Shown: one piece after another, positions 50,911 through 59,109 of the stretch | How positions within the stretch are numbered: position 1 is the first letter of the stretch | Layout of the letters: each line of letters opens with the position of its first letter | DNA from: Gammaproteobacteria bacterium | Lineage (GTDB): Bacteria > Pseudomonadota > Gammaproteobacteria > Eutrophobiales > Eutrophobiaceae | Reading direction: 5' to 3' | DNA length: 64,000 nt | NCBI GenBank assembly: GCA_965116495.1 | Contig: OZ220696.1 | Coordinates: 1,824,001 to 1,888,000, forward strand | The notes under the pieces: model-generated | Seen by the model: the letters and a program-made list of their open reading frames with translations, nothing else | Told to the model about the DNA's origin: nothing | Databases searched by the model: none | Program-made: the position numbers and the translations under genes

Positions 50911-51633
50911 TCAGTACATGTGCTGACCGCCATTTATACTGAGGGTTGACCCGGTTATAAATCCGCCTTCATCACTGACCAGGAACAACACCCCGCGCGC
51001 AATTTCCTCGGCTTTTCCCAACCGGCGGACAGGGATCCTGGCAATGATCTTCTCCAGTACGTTTTCCGGTACGGCCCGGACCATGTCGGTATCGATGTAT
51101 CCCGGAGCAATTGCATTGACCGTTATCCCTTTCGCCGCGCCTTCCTGGGCCAATGCCTTGGTGAAGCCGTGTATCCCCGATTTGGCAGCAGCGTAATTCA
51201 CCTGGCCGTATTGTCCGGCCTGGCCGTTGATTGAACCGATATTGACGATACGGCCAAACCCGCGCTGGCGCATCCCGTCGATCACACAGCTCGACATGTT
51301 GAAACAGGAACCCAGGTTGGTCTGGATTACTTTATCCCATTGATCGAAAGCCATCTTGTGCATGGTGCCATCCCGGGTAACGCCGGCATTATTGACCAGT
51401 ACATCGATCGGTCCGAGATCCTGTTCAATCTGCGCAACGGCCGCCTCGCATGCGGCATAATCGCTCACGTCGAATTTATACACGTCAATGTGTGTTACTT
51501 CCCTGAATTTCCCGGCTGCCTCATCGTTGCCCACGTAATTCGCCGCAACCTTGTAGCCTGCCTCCTTCAAGGCAATTGAAATGGCCCCGCCTATACCCCG
51601 GGTGCCGCCTGTTACTACTGCTACTCTTCCCAT
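50911..51633 (-). CDS. phbB: Acetoacetyl-CoA reductase
   Basis: TGGTRGIG, GQYGQVNYAAAK, NGGQHMY. Confidence 0.92.
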   Translation of the reverse strand: MGRVAVVTGGTRGIGGAISIALKEAGYKVAANYVGNDEAAGKFREVTHIDVYKFDVSDYAACEAAVAQIEQDLGPIDVLVNNAGVTRDGTMHKMAFDQWDKVIQTNLGSCFNMSSCVIDGMRQRGFGRIVNIGSINGQAGQYGQVNYAAAKSGIHGFTKALAQEGAAKGITVNAIAPGYIDTDMVRAVPENVLEKIIARIPVRRLGKAEEIARGVLFLVSDEGGFITGSTLSINGGQHMY

Positions 51634-51712
51634 ACCATTTACCTCCAGATAGATTATTGAACCACCCGCAAAATTTCAGATTACAAGAGAAATTTCTCAG
51701 GAATGTTCCTGT

Positions 51713-51874
51713 AAAAAAAGAAACTCCCTGGTTTATCAAGGCGCGACCACATGCTTTTCATACAACTTCCGTACCTGGCACTCACCAGCACGACGAAGGG
51801 ATTAATTCAGCGAATGGATATGACGTATGACTGGCCCTGATGCTTAGATGAGTGATGGTTAAACCACCCACCAA
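51713..51874 (-). ncRNA. Candidate structured RNA or long phbB leader
   Basis: Extended -10 TGcTATAAT upstream, long interrupted stem, U-tract at the 3' end. Confidence 0.35.
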
Positions 51875-52015
51875 ACGGAATTATAGCATTGATAGCCCGG
51901 TCATGTCATTACCGAATCAATATACCGGGATCTGATTGAGCGCTGTCCGTGATGTATTACATTAATGCTATACTTGATATGAACTATAGCAGAGGAACGA
52001 AGTCACAAAGATTAC

Positions 52016-53359
52016 ATGGGTATTGTAATGAAATCAGGCTTAACCCGGATTTGCTCTACTGTTTCATTTTTTTCCCTGGTGTGCGGGGCCTGGTCCCACG
52101 CGGGGAATAATCCCGTCAGCGTCGATACTGCGCCTGCCGATACTCAAAACCTTGCCCGGTCCATAACGGAATACGAACAGGAGATCCGGAGACGTGAGGC
52201 TGAGCACGGCGTCTACGACCCTGCTACGGGTGAATACCTGTTATCCGTCGGTCTGGTCTACCAGCAGGATGGAAAGCATGAGGAGGCTGTTGATGCATTC
52301 AGTCGCGCAATGCAGATCAAGCGGGTCAACGAGGGACTCTACAGTACCAGCCAACTGCTGATTCTGGAACAACTCATCAAGAGCAATATCGCCGGCGCCA
52401 ACTGGGAGGAAGTAGATCGAAACTATCAGCAACTGCTGTGGATACACAAGCGCAATTATGACGCCGGCGATCCCCGTTTACTACCCGTCGTTGATACGGT
52501 TGGGCGCTGGAAGCTGAAAGCCTACAAGGAAAATCTGCTGGGCGGCAGCGCAATCAGTACCATCGGTGAATCCGAAAAACTGTTCCGGGATACGATTGTA
52601 ATCCTGGAACGCCAGTACGGTGAGAATGATCCAAGGCTGATCAACCCGCTCTACGGCAGGGCATTGACCAACTACCAGTATGCCATCGAAGTCGCCAATA
52701 CCCCGCAGGATGAGTTTCACGGTGCCGGTAGTCCGACCCGGACCCAGGTGATATGCCGCACCGTTCCCACCCCAAACGGCGGAGCCAGGCGTATCTGCAA
52801 CACCATCAGGGTCCCTGACCCAAGTTATTATGCCAGCCAGTCAAGCAACAAGGACTTCGCCCTGGGGCAACGTATCGTTGCAGTGGGCAAAGCGTTGAAA
52901 CATATCGTGCAGATACATGAGACAAATCCGGACCTGCCCGGGGATTCACACGCCAGGGCCCTGGTACACCTGGGTGACTGGAACCTGCTCAGGGGCAAGA
53001 AAACGACGGCCTACAAGAACTACAAATCCGCTTATCAACTCCTGGTTGATACCAGCGAATCCCAGGATGTCATCGAAGAGTTATTCGGTAAACCGCAGAA
53101 TTTGCCGGCCCTGCGGCTGCCCTTACCCGAAATCGATGACAAATTGGAAGAAGAGAAGACAACAACCGTCCTCGCATCGTTTGACGTCTCCAGCAGCGGC
53201 CGTGCAAAAAATGTCCAGATTATCGAATCGGAACCGGCGGATGCCACTTCCGCCCGCAGAAAAGCAAAGAAAACAATCCGGGGACGCATCTACAGGCCAC
53301 GTTTTGAAAACGGCGAACCGGTAGCTACGGTAGGTAATAAAATCCGCATAATGGATTAA
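52016..53359 (+). CDS. Exported TPR protein with TonB C-terminal-like domain
   Basis: Signal peptide, TPR-like helices (RVNEGLYS, LGDW), FDVSSSG..YRPRFENG. Confidence 0.7.
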   Translation: MGIVMKSGLTRICSTVSFFSLVCGAWSHAGNNPVSVDTAPADTQNLARSITEYEQEIRRREAEHGVYDPATGEYLLSVGLVYQQDGKHEEAVDAFSRAMQIKRVNEGLYSTSQLLILEQLIKSNIAGANWEEVDRNYQQLLWIHKRNYDAGDPRLLPVVDTVGRWKLKAYKENLLGGSAISTIGESEKLFRDTIVILERQYGENDPRLINPLYGRALTNYQYAIEVANTPQDEFHGAGSPTRTQVICRTVPTPNGGARRICNTIRVPDPSYYASQSSNKDFALGQRIVAVGKALKHIVQIHETNPDLPGDSHARALVHLGDWNLLRGKKTTAYKNYKSAYQLLVDTSESQDVIEELFGKPQNLPALRLPLPEIDDKLEEEKTTTVLASFDVSSSGRAKNVQIIESEPADATSARRKAKKTIRGRIYRPRFENGEPVATVGNKIRIMD

Positions 53360-53360
53360 C

Positions 53361-53387
53361 CGTCATACTGGCGAAAGCCAGTATCCA
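53361..53387. repeat. CGTC-type REP
   Basis: CGTCATACTGGCGAAAGCCAGTATCCA. Confidence 0.8.
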
Positions 53388-53435
53388 AGGGTGGCCGGGT
53401 CTGTAGTCATCGCCTGGGCAGGCGCCGGGGGTCTA

Positions 53436-53564
53436 ATGATAACGCTTCAAGACAAGGTAGTCATCAAGCTCGGCGCGCTGATGGTCACGATGACATTTTT
53501 GCTGCTGGCTCTTGGCCCATTTTATTTTCGCTGGGTGAGTTCCATCATGGATTCACTGCAATAG
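53436..53564 (+). CDS. 42-aa single-TM ORF, possibly a DUF1640-like C-terminal remnant
   Basis: MITLQDKVVIKLGALMVTMTFLLLALGP...; below the ORF track cutoff. Confidence 0.4.
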   Translation: MITLQDKVVIKLGALMVTMTFLLLALGPFYFRWVSSIMDSLQ

Positions 53565-53612
53565 ACATGGAAGATTGCTTATTTCCTTATCAATAACCAG
53601 TAGTAGCGGAAT

Positions 53613-55007
53613 TCAATCTTGCTGGCTCAGAAAGTCAACATCATCCGCGTCCGGCATCAGCACAAACTCCGGATAGGACTCAATTCCAAGTTCCGCCGAA
53701 TCCTGGCCAACTTCCTCAACAGCGGCACTCACCCGGACTCCAATGGTCTTCTCAATGGCATACCACACGGCCATGGAAACGAGGAACACATATACCCCGA
53801 TGGCAAGCACGCCGGTTAGCTGCACCATGAAGTTGCCGCCGGCTGCGATGCAAACCGCCATTGTGCCCCAGATACCGGCAAACAGGTGCGCGGGGATGGC
53901 GCCGACCACGTCATCCACCTTCAGGTTTTCCAGCAGCTTCATCCCGACGACAATGATAACGCCACCGACCGCACCGATGATGACTGCCCAGTAATGCGCA
54001 ACAATATCTGGACCCGCAGTGATGGAGACCAGCCCGGCAATTGCCCCGTTGAGACCTGCAAGCAGGTCGACCCGCCCCAGCACCGGCCGGGACACGCTGA
54101 TAGCCGCTATCACGCCTGCCGCTGCCGCCAGGTTGGTATTGACCAGCACGTTGCTCATCGCCACCGCATCAACTGCGCCGCCCAATGCGAGTTGGGATCC
54201 ACCGTTGAAACCGAACCAGCCGAGCCACAGGATAAACACACCCAGGGTCACAATCGGGACGTTGGACGGCGGGGTGGGCTTGACACTGCCGTCGGCGCGG
54301 TATTTTCCGAGCCTCGGGCCTACTACCAGAGCGCCGGCCAACGCAGCCCAGCCCCCGGTCGAATGAACGATTGAGGAACCGGCAAAATCCTGGAAACCCA
54401 TCTCGCTGAGCCAGCCACCACCCCAGGTCCAGGCGCCGACGATGGGGTATATCGCGCCGGCCAGGATAGCCGTGAATAGCAGGAACGACCACAGCTTTAC
54501 CCGTTCCGCCAGGGCGCCGGAAATGATGGAGGCCGTGGTCGCCACGAACACCATCTGGAAGAACCAGTCCGACATCACCGAATAGCCGTTCTCGACCACC
54601 GCGGCTGTCGCTTCCTCATCGCCGGCCAGCAACGCCAGTTCATCCGCCGACGGACCGTATAACAGGGTAAAGGAACCGATCCAGCCGGACACGTCGGTGT
54701 ACATGAGGTTGTAGCCTACGAAGTAGTACATGAGGCCGGCGATGGAATAAAGGCCGATATTCTTAAGGCAGATGACCGAGGCGTTCTTGGTGCGCACCGA
54801 GCCCGACTCGAGCATGGTGAAGCCGGCGCACATCCACATCACCAAAGCACCCCAGATAAGGAATGAAAAGGTATTGAATACGAACTGTGTCTCCCCTTCC
54901 ACAGCGGCGTTCACCCCTGCTGAGACCAGCAGAAGAATGAGCCCTGTAAGGAGTTTGCCGGGAAACGTAAAACACTGGAGTGATAGGTTGGCACGATGAC
55001 CGTTCAT
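53613..55007 (-). CDS. Ammonium transporter (Amt family)
   Basis: FFQMVF, GALAER, DFAGSSIVH, WFGFNGGS, DDVVGAIPAH. Confidence 0.95.
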   Translation of the reverse strand: MNGHRANLSLQCFTFPGKLLTGLILLLVSAGVNAAVEGETQFVFNTFSFLIWGALVMWMCAGFTMLESGSVRTKNASVICLKNIGLYSIAGLMYYFVGYNLMYTDVSGWIGSFTLLYGPSADELALLAGDEEATAAVVENGYSVMSDWFFQMVFVATTASIISGALAERVKLWSFLLFTAILAGAIYPIVGAWTWGGGWLSEMGFQDFAGSSIVHSTGGWAALAGALVVGPRLGKYRADGSVKPTPPSNVPIVTLGVFILWLGWFGFNGGSQLALGGAVDAVAMSNVLVNTNLAAAAGVIAAISVSRPVLGRVDLLAGLNGAIAGLVSITAGPDIVAHYWAVIIGAVGGVIIVVGMKLLENLKVDDVVGAIPAHLFAGIWGTMAVCIAAGGNFMVQLTGVLAIGVYVFLVSMAVWYAIEKTIGVRVSAAVEEVGQDSAELGIESYPEFVLMPDADDVDFLSQQD

Positions 55008-55144
55008 TGACTTCCCCCTGTTAATTGCTCTTTGGAAAAGACCTCGATTCTATCACAAAGCGCAATTCTGAGCAATGAGGTTCGCACGAGGTTCGCCAGG
55101 ATTACCGTCGAAGCTTTCCACATGGTTGAAAGATTCTATAATAT

Positions 55145-55172
55145 TTGATTTAATCCGGCACTGCCGTATAAT
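55145..55172 (+). promoter_or_regulatory. sigma70-like promoter with palindromic operator for the TA operon
   Basis: TTGATT-16-TATAAT with CGGCA-C-TGCCG in the spacer. Confidence 0.55.
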
Positions 55173-55178
55173 ATTATT

Positions 55179-55496
55179 GTGATATTTATTGAAACCAGCG
55201 TATTTTCCCGGTTACTCCCAGACTATCTGACTGATGATGAATACGGAGCGCTGCAATCGTATCTGATGATGAAACCGGATGCCGGCAATCTGGTCCGTGG
55301 TTCCGGTGGAGTAAGGAAAGTACCCTGGGCGCGAAGTGGCCGCGGTAAAAGTGGCGGTGTTCGAGTGATTTATTACTGGAAACCGTCTGAACATGAAATC
55401 TGGATGTTGACGCTCTATGACAAATCGGAGCGCTCAACGATTCTCGGTCATACACTCAAACAAATAGCGGAGGCCATTAAACATGACAAATCGTGA
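55179..55496 (+). CDS. RelE/HigB-family type II toxin
   Basis: FIET..F, GSGGVRK, GKSGGVRVIYY. Confidence 0.88.
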   Translation: MIFIETSVFSRLLPDYLTDDEYGALQSYLMMKPDAGNLVRGSGGVRKVPWARSGRGKSGGVRVIYYWKPSEHEIWMLTLYDKSERSTILGHTLKQIAEAIKHDKS

Positions 55497-55770
55497 TATC
55501 GGGGCTGAAATTCTCGACGGCCTTAAAGAAATTCAGCAGTACAAAAGGGGTAAGATAAAGCTAAAGACGACCAGGCTCTCTGCGCCGTCAGAACCAAAAG
55601 CCATTCGCTCAAAGCTGGAACTGTCACAATCAGCGTTTGCCGGTATGCTTGGGGTAAGCCTGCGTACCCTGCAGGACTGGGAGCAAGGGAGACGGCATCC
55701 GCAAGGCCCGTCTATTGCCCTCCTGCGTATTGCCGAGCAACATCCGAAAGTGTTTGTGGATTTGAAATGA
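55483..55770 (+). CDS. Cro/HigA-like HTH antitoxin
   Basis: LSQSAFA.MLGVSLRTLQDWEQGRR.P.G. Confidence 0.9.
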   Translation: MTNRDIGAEILDGLKEIQQYKRGKIKLKTTRLSAPSEPKAIRSKLELSQSAFAGMLGVSLRTLQDWEQGRRHPQGPSIALLRIAEQHPKVFVDLK

Positions 55771-55986
55771 ATAATCCAAGGTAAGAAGCGGTGCCGAATG
55801 GGGAATAGAAATAAAATAATTCATCGGTGGTTGACTGTGCATAGTCCTGTACTCTGTTCGGGGGTTTTCAATACTCCTGTTGCATTATAGAATTCAGTTG
55901 CCGGGTGTTCAAAATGAATTTTTGAGAGTTGCCTTGAAACTGCCGTATCCTGGCGGGTCACACACATAACTGAAAGAGAGCATGTC

Positions 55987-56629
55987 ATGCACGCAATCAC
56001 ATAATCGGCGCCGGCATGGGCGGCCTGTTCGCGGCCCTGGCCTTGCGCGAGTCAGGCAGGTTTACGGAAATCGACGTCTATGAACAGACCCGGACGCCAA
56101 GCACCGCGGGCGCAGGGCTCAATATCTCGCCCAACGGGGCGCTGCTATGTAACTGGCTGGGCGTTGATCTCGATGGCGGCGATATAACAGGGCCACATGG
56201 CGCGCTGGACGGCGGGCGCGCGGCAATCCTGGATGCAGCCCGCTGGATAACAACCCCATCGACTCCTTCAGTATGGACGTGCGCAAGAACCCTCACGCAT
56301 GGGCGTTGACCTACTGGGTACGGGGCGGCGAATTACTCAATGTGTGGCTGGCCTACTACGAGCCTGACTCAGCCGAGTTTGAAGCGGATGAGGTCTCCCT
56401 GACAGAGGTTGCGCAACACAATACCTTTGAGGACTGCTGGATCATCATCGATAACGCGGTGTACGACATCAGTGAATGGAAGGATCATCATCCGGGCGGC
56501 CCGTTCGTCGCACGCATGTACGCCGGCAAGGACGCCACCGCCGAGTTCGGCGACTATCACAGCAAACGGGCCGAACTGCACATGCGGCATTTTCGTGTCG
56601 GCTACCTGCAAGGCAGCGCCGGTTCATAA
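55987..56629 (+). pseudogene. Collapsed FAD-dependent monooxygenase fragments with a C-terminal cytochrome b5 domain
   Basis: IIGAGMGG, YEQ..AGAGLNISPNG, YWVRGGELLN fragments in different frames, then DCWIIID.VYD..HPGG..AGKDAT. Confidence 0.7.
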
Positions 56630-56769
56630 CCGCGAACGCCGCTCACCGCAAGCAGTCGCCTGCTCAAACACGCGGGGCGAACCCCCCGGATGGGCACGCG
56701 TAGCGGGTCGTTCCCGTCGCGCCGAACCCTGCCGACGACCCGCCGCTCCTCCGGGGCCCGCGAGTCAGG

Positions 56770-57382
56770 TCAGCAACTGCCGACGACCAAGTATCCTTCG
56801 CAATTACTCAGCTTCTCGGCCTCGTCTTCCGTGACGTAGACGTGGTCGGTTCTTCGGCGGGTTTCTCCTCGGGGCCCTGTTCCGGACATGGCGCACAGGG
56901 CTTTGATGCTGCATTTGTTCTCGCTATCATCCCAGGCGATATCGTCTACGGAGCAGGAATCCTTCGCCGAAGACTTCTCCCACGCTGTGGTGCAGGTCTG
57001 GGCGGTGCCTGGGCAATCGCCGACGCGCAGTTGTCCGTTACAATTATTCAGCTTCTTGGTGTCGTTTACCGTGGCGTAGATGTCGTTGGTCTGGTTCCTC
57101 GGGCTGCACCGGGCTTGGATGCGGCATTTGTTCTGGCTACTATTCCAGGTGACCGGACCCCCCTGGACGCAGGACTGCCGCGCCGAAGACTGGTTCCACG
57201 CGCTGCCGCAGGCCTGGGCGGAGGTTGCGCTGGCGGGAGTGGGAGCAATCGCCAGCGCGACCGCTAGAGTGGCGACGGGAAGTAACGCGGCGAACAGGGA
57301 GGTTGTGTGCTTGTGTGCTTGTGTGCTTGTGTGCTTGTGTGCTTGTGTGCTTGTGTGCTTGTGTGCTTGTGTGCTTCAGCAT
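56770..57382 (-). CDS. Secreted cysteine-rich tandem-repeat protein, frameshifted by an 8-bp repeat tract (putatively phase variable)
   Basis: Manual translation gives a signal peptide and two 6-Cys repeats. In frame with the ATG only when repeat count mod 3 = 1. Confidence 0.8.
57305..57376. repeat. (GTGTGCTT)9 perfect simple sequence repeat
   Basis: Nine exact 8-bp units counted directly. Confidence 0.95.
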
Positions 57383-57436
57383 GATGTGTCCTCGTAGTGC
57401 TTGTCAAGTAACGAAACCCTTAAGTTAACAGGCTGA

Positions 57437-57465
57437 ATAATAACATCTTTCTGAGTTATTGTCAA
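57437..57465 (-). promoter_or_regulatory. sigma70 promoter of the Cys-rich gene
   Basis: Minus strand TTGACA-17 bp-TATTAT with an extended TG. Confidence 0.7.
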
Positions 57466-57656
57466 ATCTCACTCACGAGGTTCGCCAGGCATGAGGTTCG
57501 CCAGGCAGCAGACTGTCAGGTAGTGGCTTTATTCCCCCCGTCGTCAGACTGAACCGGCCTGTATACGGCTATTTCTCCTTTTACTTTGGTATTGCCGAAA
57601 GGCGCCAGCAAATCCATCAGGTAGCTGACGAACTCAGGACTGTTCTGCATGCGCGG

Positions 57657-58310
57657 TTATCCGCTCAGCAGGGTATTCACGATGGAGAGCATGAAACCGA
57701 TCAGCGGATGCAGGATTTTTCCCAGGACTCCGGTAAAGATCAGGACAACCAGGATCGGCAGGCCCCAGCGCTCGAGCAAATTATATTTATACGCCGCTGT
57801 GGGAGATAGAAAGGCCGTTACGATGCGGCTGCCGTCCAGGGGCGGCAACGGCAACAGGTTCAGGGCAATCAGCACGATGTTGATGATGATCCCGATCTTC
57901 GCCATTTCGCTCAACAGGTTCTCCTGATAAGAAACGGCAGTGCCATCCGTAAACAGGACCGACAACAGGAGGGTCCACAGCAGCAGCATGATGATATTGG
58001 CCCCCGGTCCTGCCGCCGCGACCAGCGCCATGTCACGCCTCGGACTATCCAGGTTGCGCCAGTCTACGGGTACCGGCTTGGCCCAGCCGAAGGCAAACGG
58101 CGTCAAGACAATCATGACCAGCGGGATGACAATGGTACCCAGCGGGTCTATGTGCTTCACCGGGTTCAGCGTCAGCCGGCCGGCCAGTTTCGCCGTAGGG
58201 TCGCCCAGTTTGCTCGCCACCCAGCCGTGGGCGACTTCATGCACAGTGATGGCAAAGATAATGGGAACGGCGGCAACGATAATTTTTTCCACCAGTGAGA
58301 GTTCGTACAT
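57657..58310 (-). CDS. Site-2 protease family (M50)
   Basis: HEVAH, AAAGP.AN, NLLPLPPLDG. Start likely MYELS. Confidence 0.92.
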   Translation of the reverse strand: MYELSLVEKIIVAAVPIIFAITVHEVAHGWVASKLGDPTAKLAGRLTLNPVKHIDPLGTIVIPLVMIVLTPFAFGWAKPVPVDWRNLDSPRRDMALVAAAGPGANIIMLLLWTLLLSVLFTDGTAVSYQENLLSEMAKIGIIINIVLIALNLLPLPPLDGSRIVTAFLSPTAAYKYNLLERWGLPILVVLIFTGVLGKILHPLIGFMLSIVNTLLSG

Positions 58311-58350
58311 CGAGTTTTCCGTCTGTAACAGGTGAGCAGAGGCAATTCGG

Positions 58351-58539
58351 TTAATTCCGGGCAACAATGATCAGGAACACGATGAACAACACTACAATAC
58401 CGATGGGTATCAGTGCACTCGACCAATCCGGATTCTCGGCCTCCCGGCTTTTCCTCATAGCAGCCTTTGCGCCGGGCCAGAAAAAGAACAATACGCCGGC
58501 GGCCAGAATTCCGACTAATACCTGTTCAAATAATTCCAT
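58351..58539 (-). CDS. Small two-TM hypothetical membrane protein
   Basis: MELFEQVLVGILAAGVLFFFWPG...DW..ALIPIG, two hydrophobic helices. Confidence 0.65.
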   Translation of the reverse strand: MELFEQVLVGILAAGVLFFFWPGAKAAMRKSREAENPDWSSALIPIGIVVLFIVFLIIVARN

Positions 58540-58689
58540 GACGTTTGTACGACTGTCAGTACCGGAATTAGATTCACGACGGGATACAACGTTTCCTGTA
58601 GCCATTCATCCAGCATTATCCCAGACCTTCCAGCCACTGGTTCATCGAAGAGGTCCCCTATGTCTTCTTCGAACTGCAGGCAAATATCT

Positions 58690-58716
58690 AAAACAAAACC
58701 CCGCATGCGCGGGGTT
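58690..58716 (-). terminator. Rho-independent terminator after the cold-shock gene
   Basis: AACCCCGC-GCAT-GCGGGGTT followed by TTGTTTT on the minus strand. Confidence 0.7.
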
Positions 58717-58738
58717 CCATCAGACGATAACAACCTGT

Positions 58739-58948
58739 TCAGGTGACAACGACTACCTCAGTAGCATGGTATCCTTTTGGACCCTGCTCGGCGGTATAGG
58801 TAACGCTCTGCCCCTCATTCAAAGTCTTATAGCCTTCGGATTTTATGGACGAATAATGTACAAATATATCATCTCCGCCTTCAGACGGCTCAATAAAACC
58901 AAACCCTTTAGCATTGTTGAACCATTTGACGGTACCCCTCATACTCAT
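58739..58948 (-). CDS. Cold-shock domain protein (CspD-like)
   Basis: [27 protein letters not shown]. Confidence 0.93.
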   Translation of the reverse strand: MSMRGTVKWFNNAKGFGFIEPSEGGDDIFVHYSSIKSEGYKTLNEGQSVTYTAEQGPKGYHATEVVVVT

Positions 58949-59109
58949 ACTGCTCTCCCCCCTTTACTTTATGATATGTATTACTGGTAATCAGCCATCC
59001 GATGTACGGCAATAACAGACTTCCGGCACTACCCACATCTATGACAGCACACAAGCTAGCATAGTCAATTTTTGACCCATTGCCAACTAATTTGTATCAA
59101 TCTGTTGTA

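Larger units (their letters stand above)
55085..57505. mobile_element. Accessory islet bounded by CACGAGGTTCGCCAGG direct repeats
   Basis: Identical 16-mer at 55085-55100 and 57474-57489, each next to a variant copy. Confidence 0.5.

Noticed and set aside
51713-51874. 6S RNA
   Set aside because: Only short coincidental matches. The conserved paired motifs around the central bubble and the usual zapA/ygfA context are absent.
56622-56770. Integron attC site
   Set aside because: No matching RYYYAAC/GTTRRRY core pair and no integrase in the window.
56842-57428. Plus-strand ORFs with VCLCAC repeats and the 80-aa minus-strand ORF
   Set aside because: They are shadows or the frameshifted product of the Cys-rich gene.
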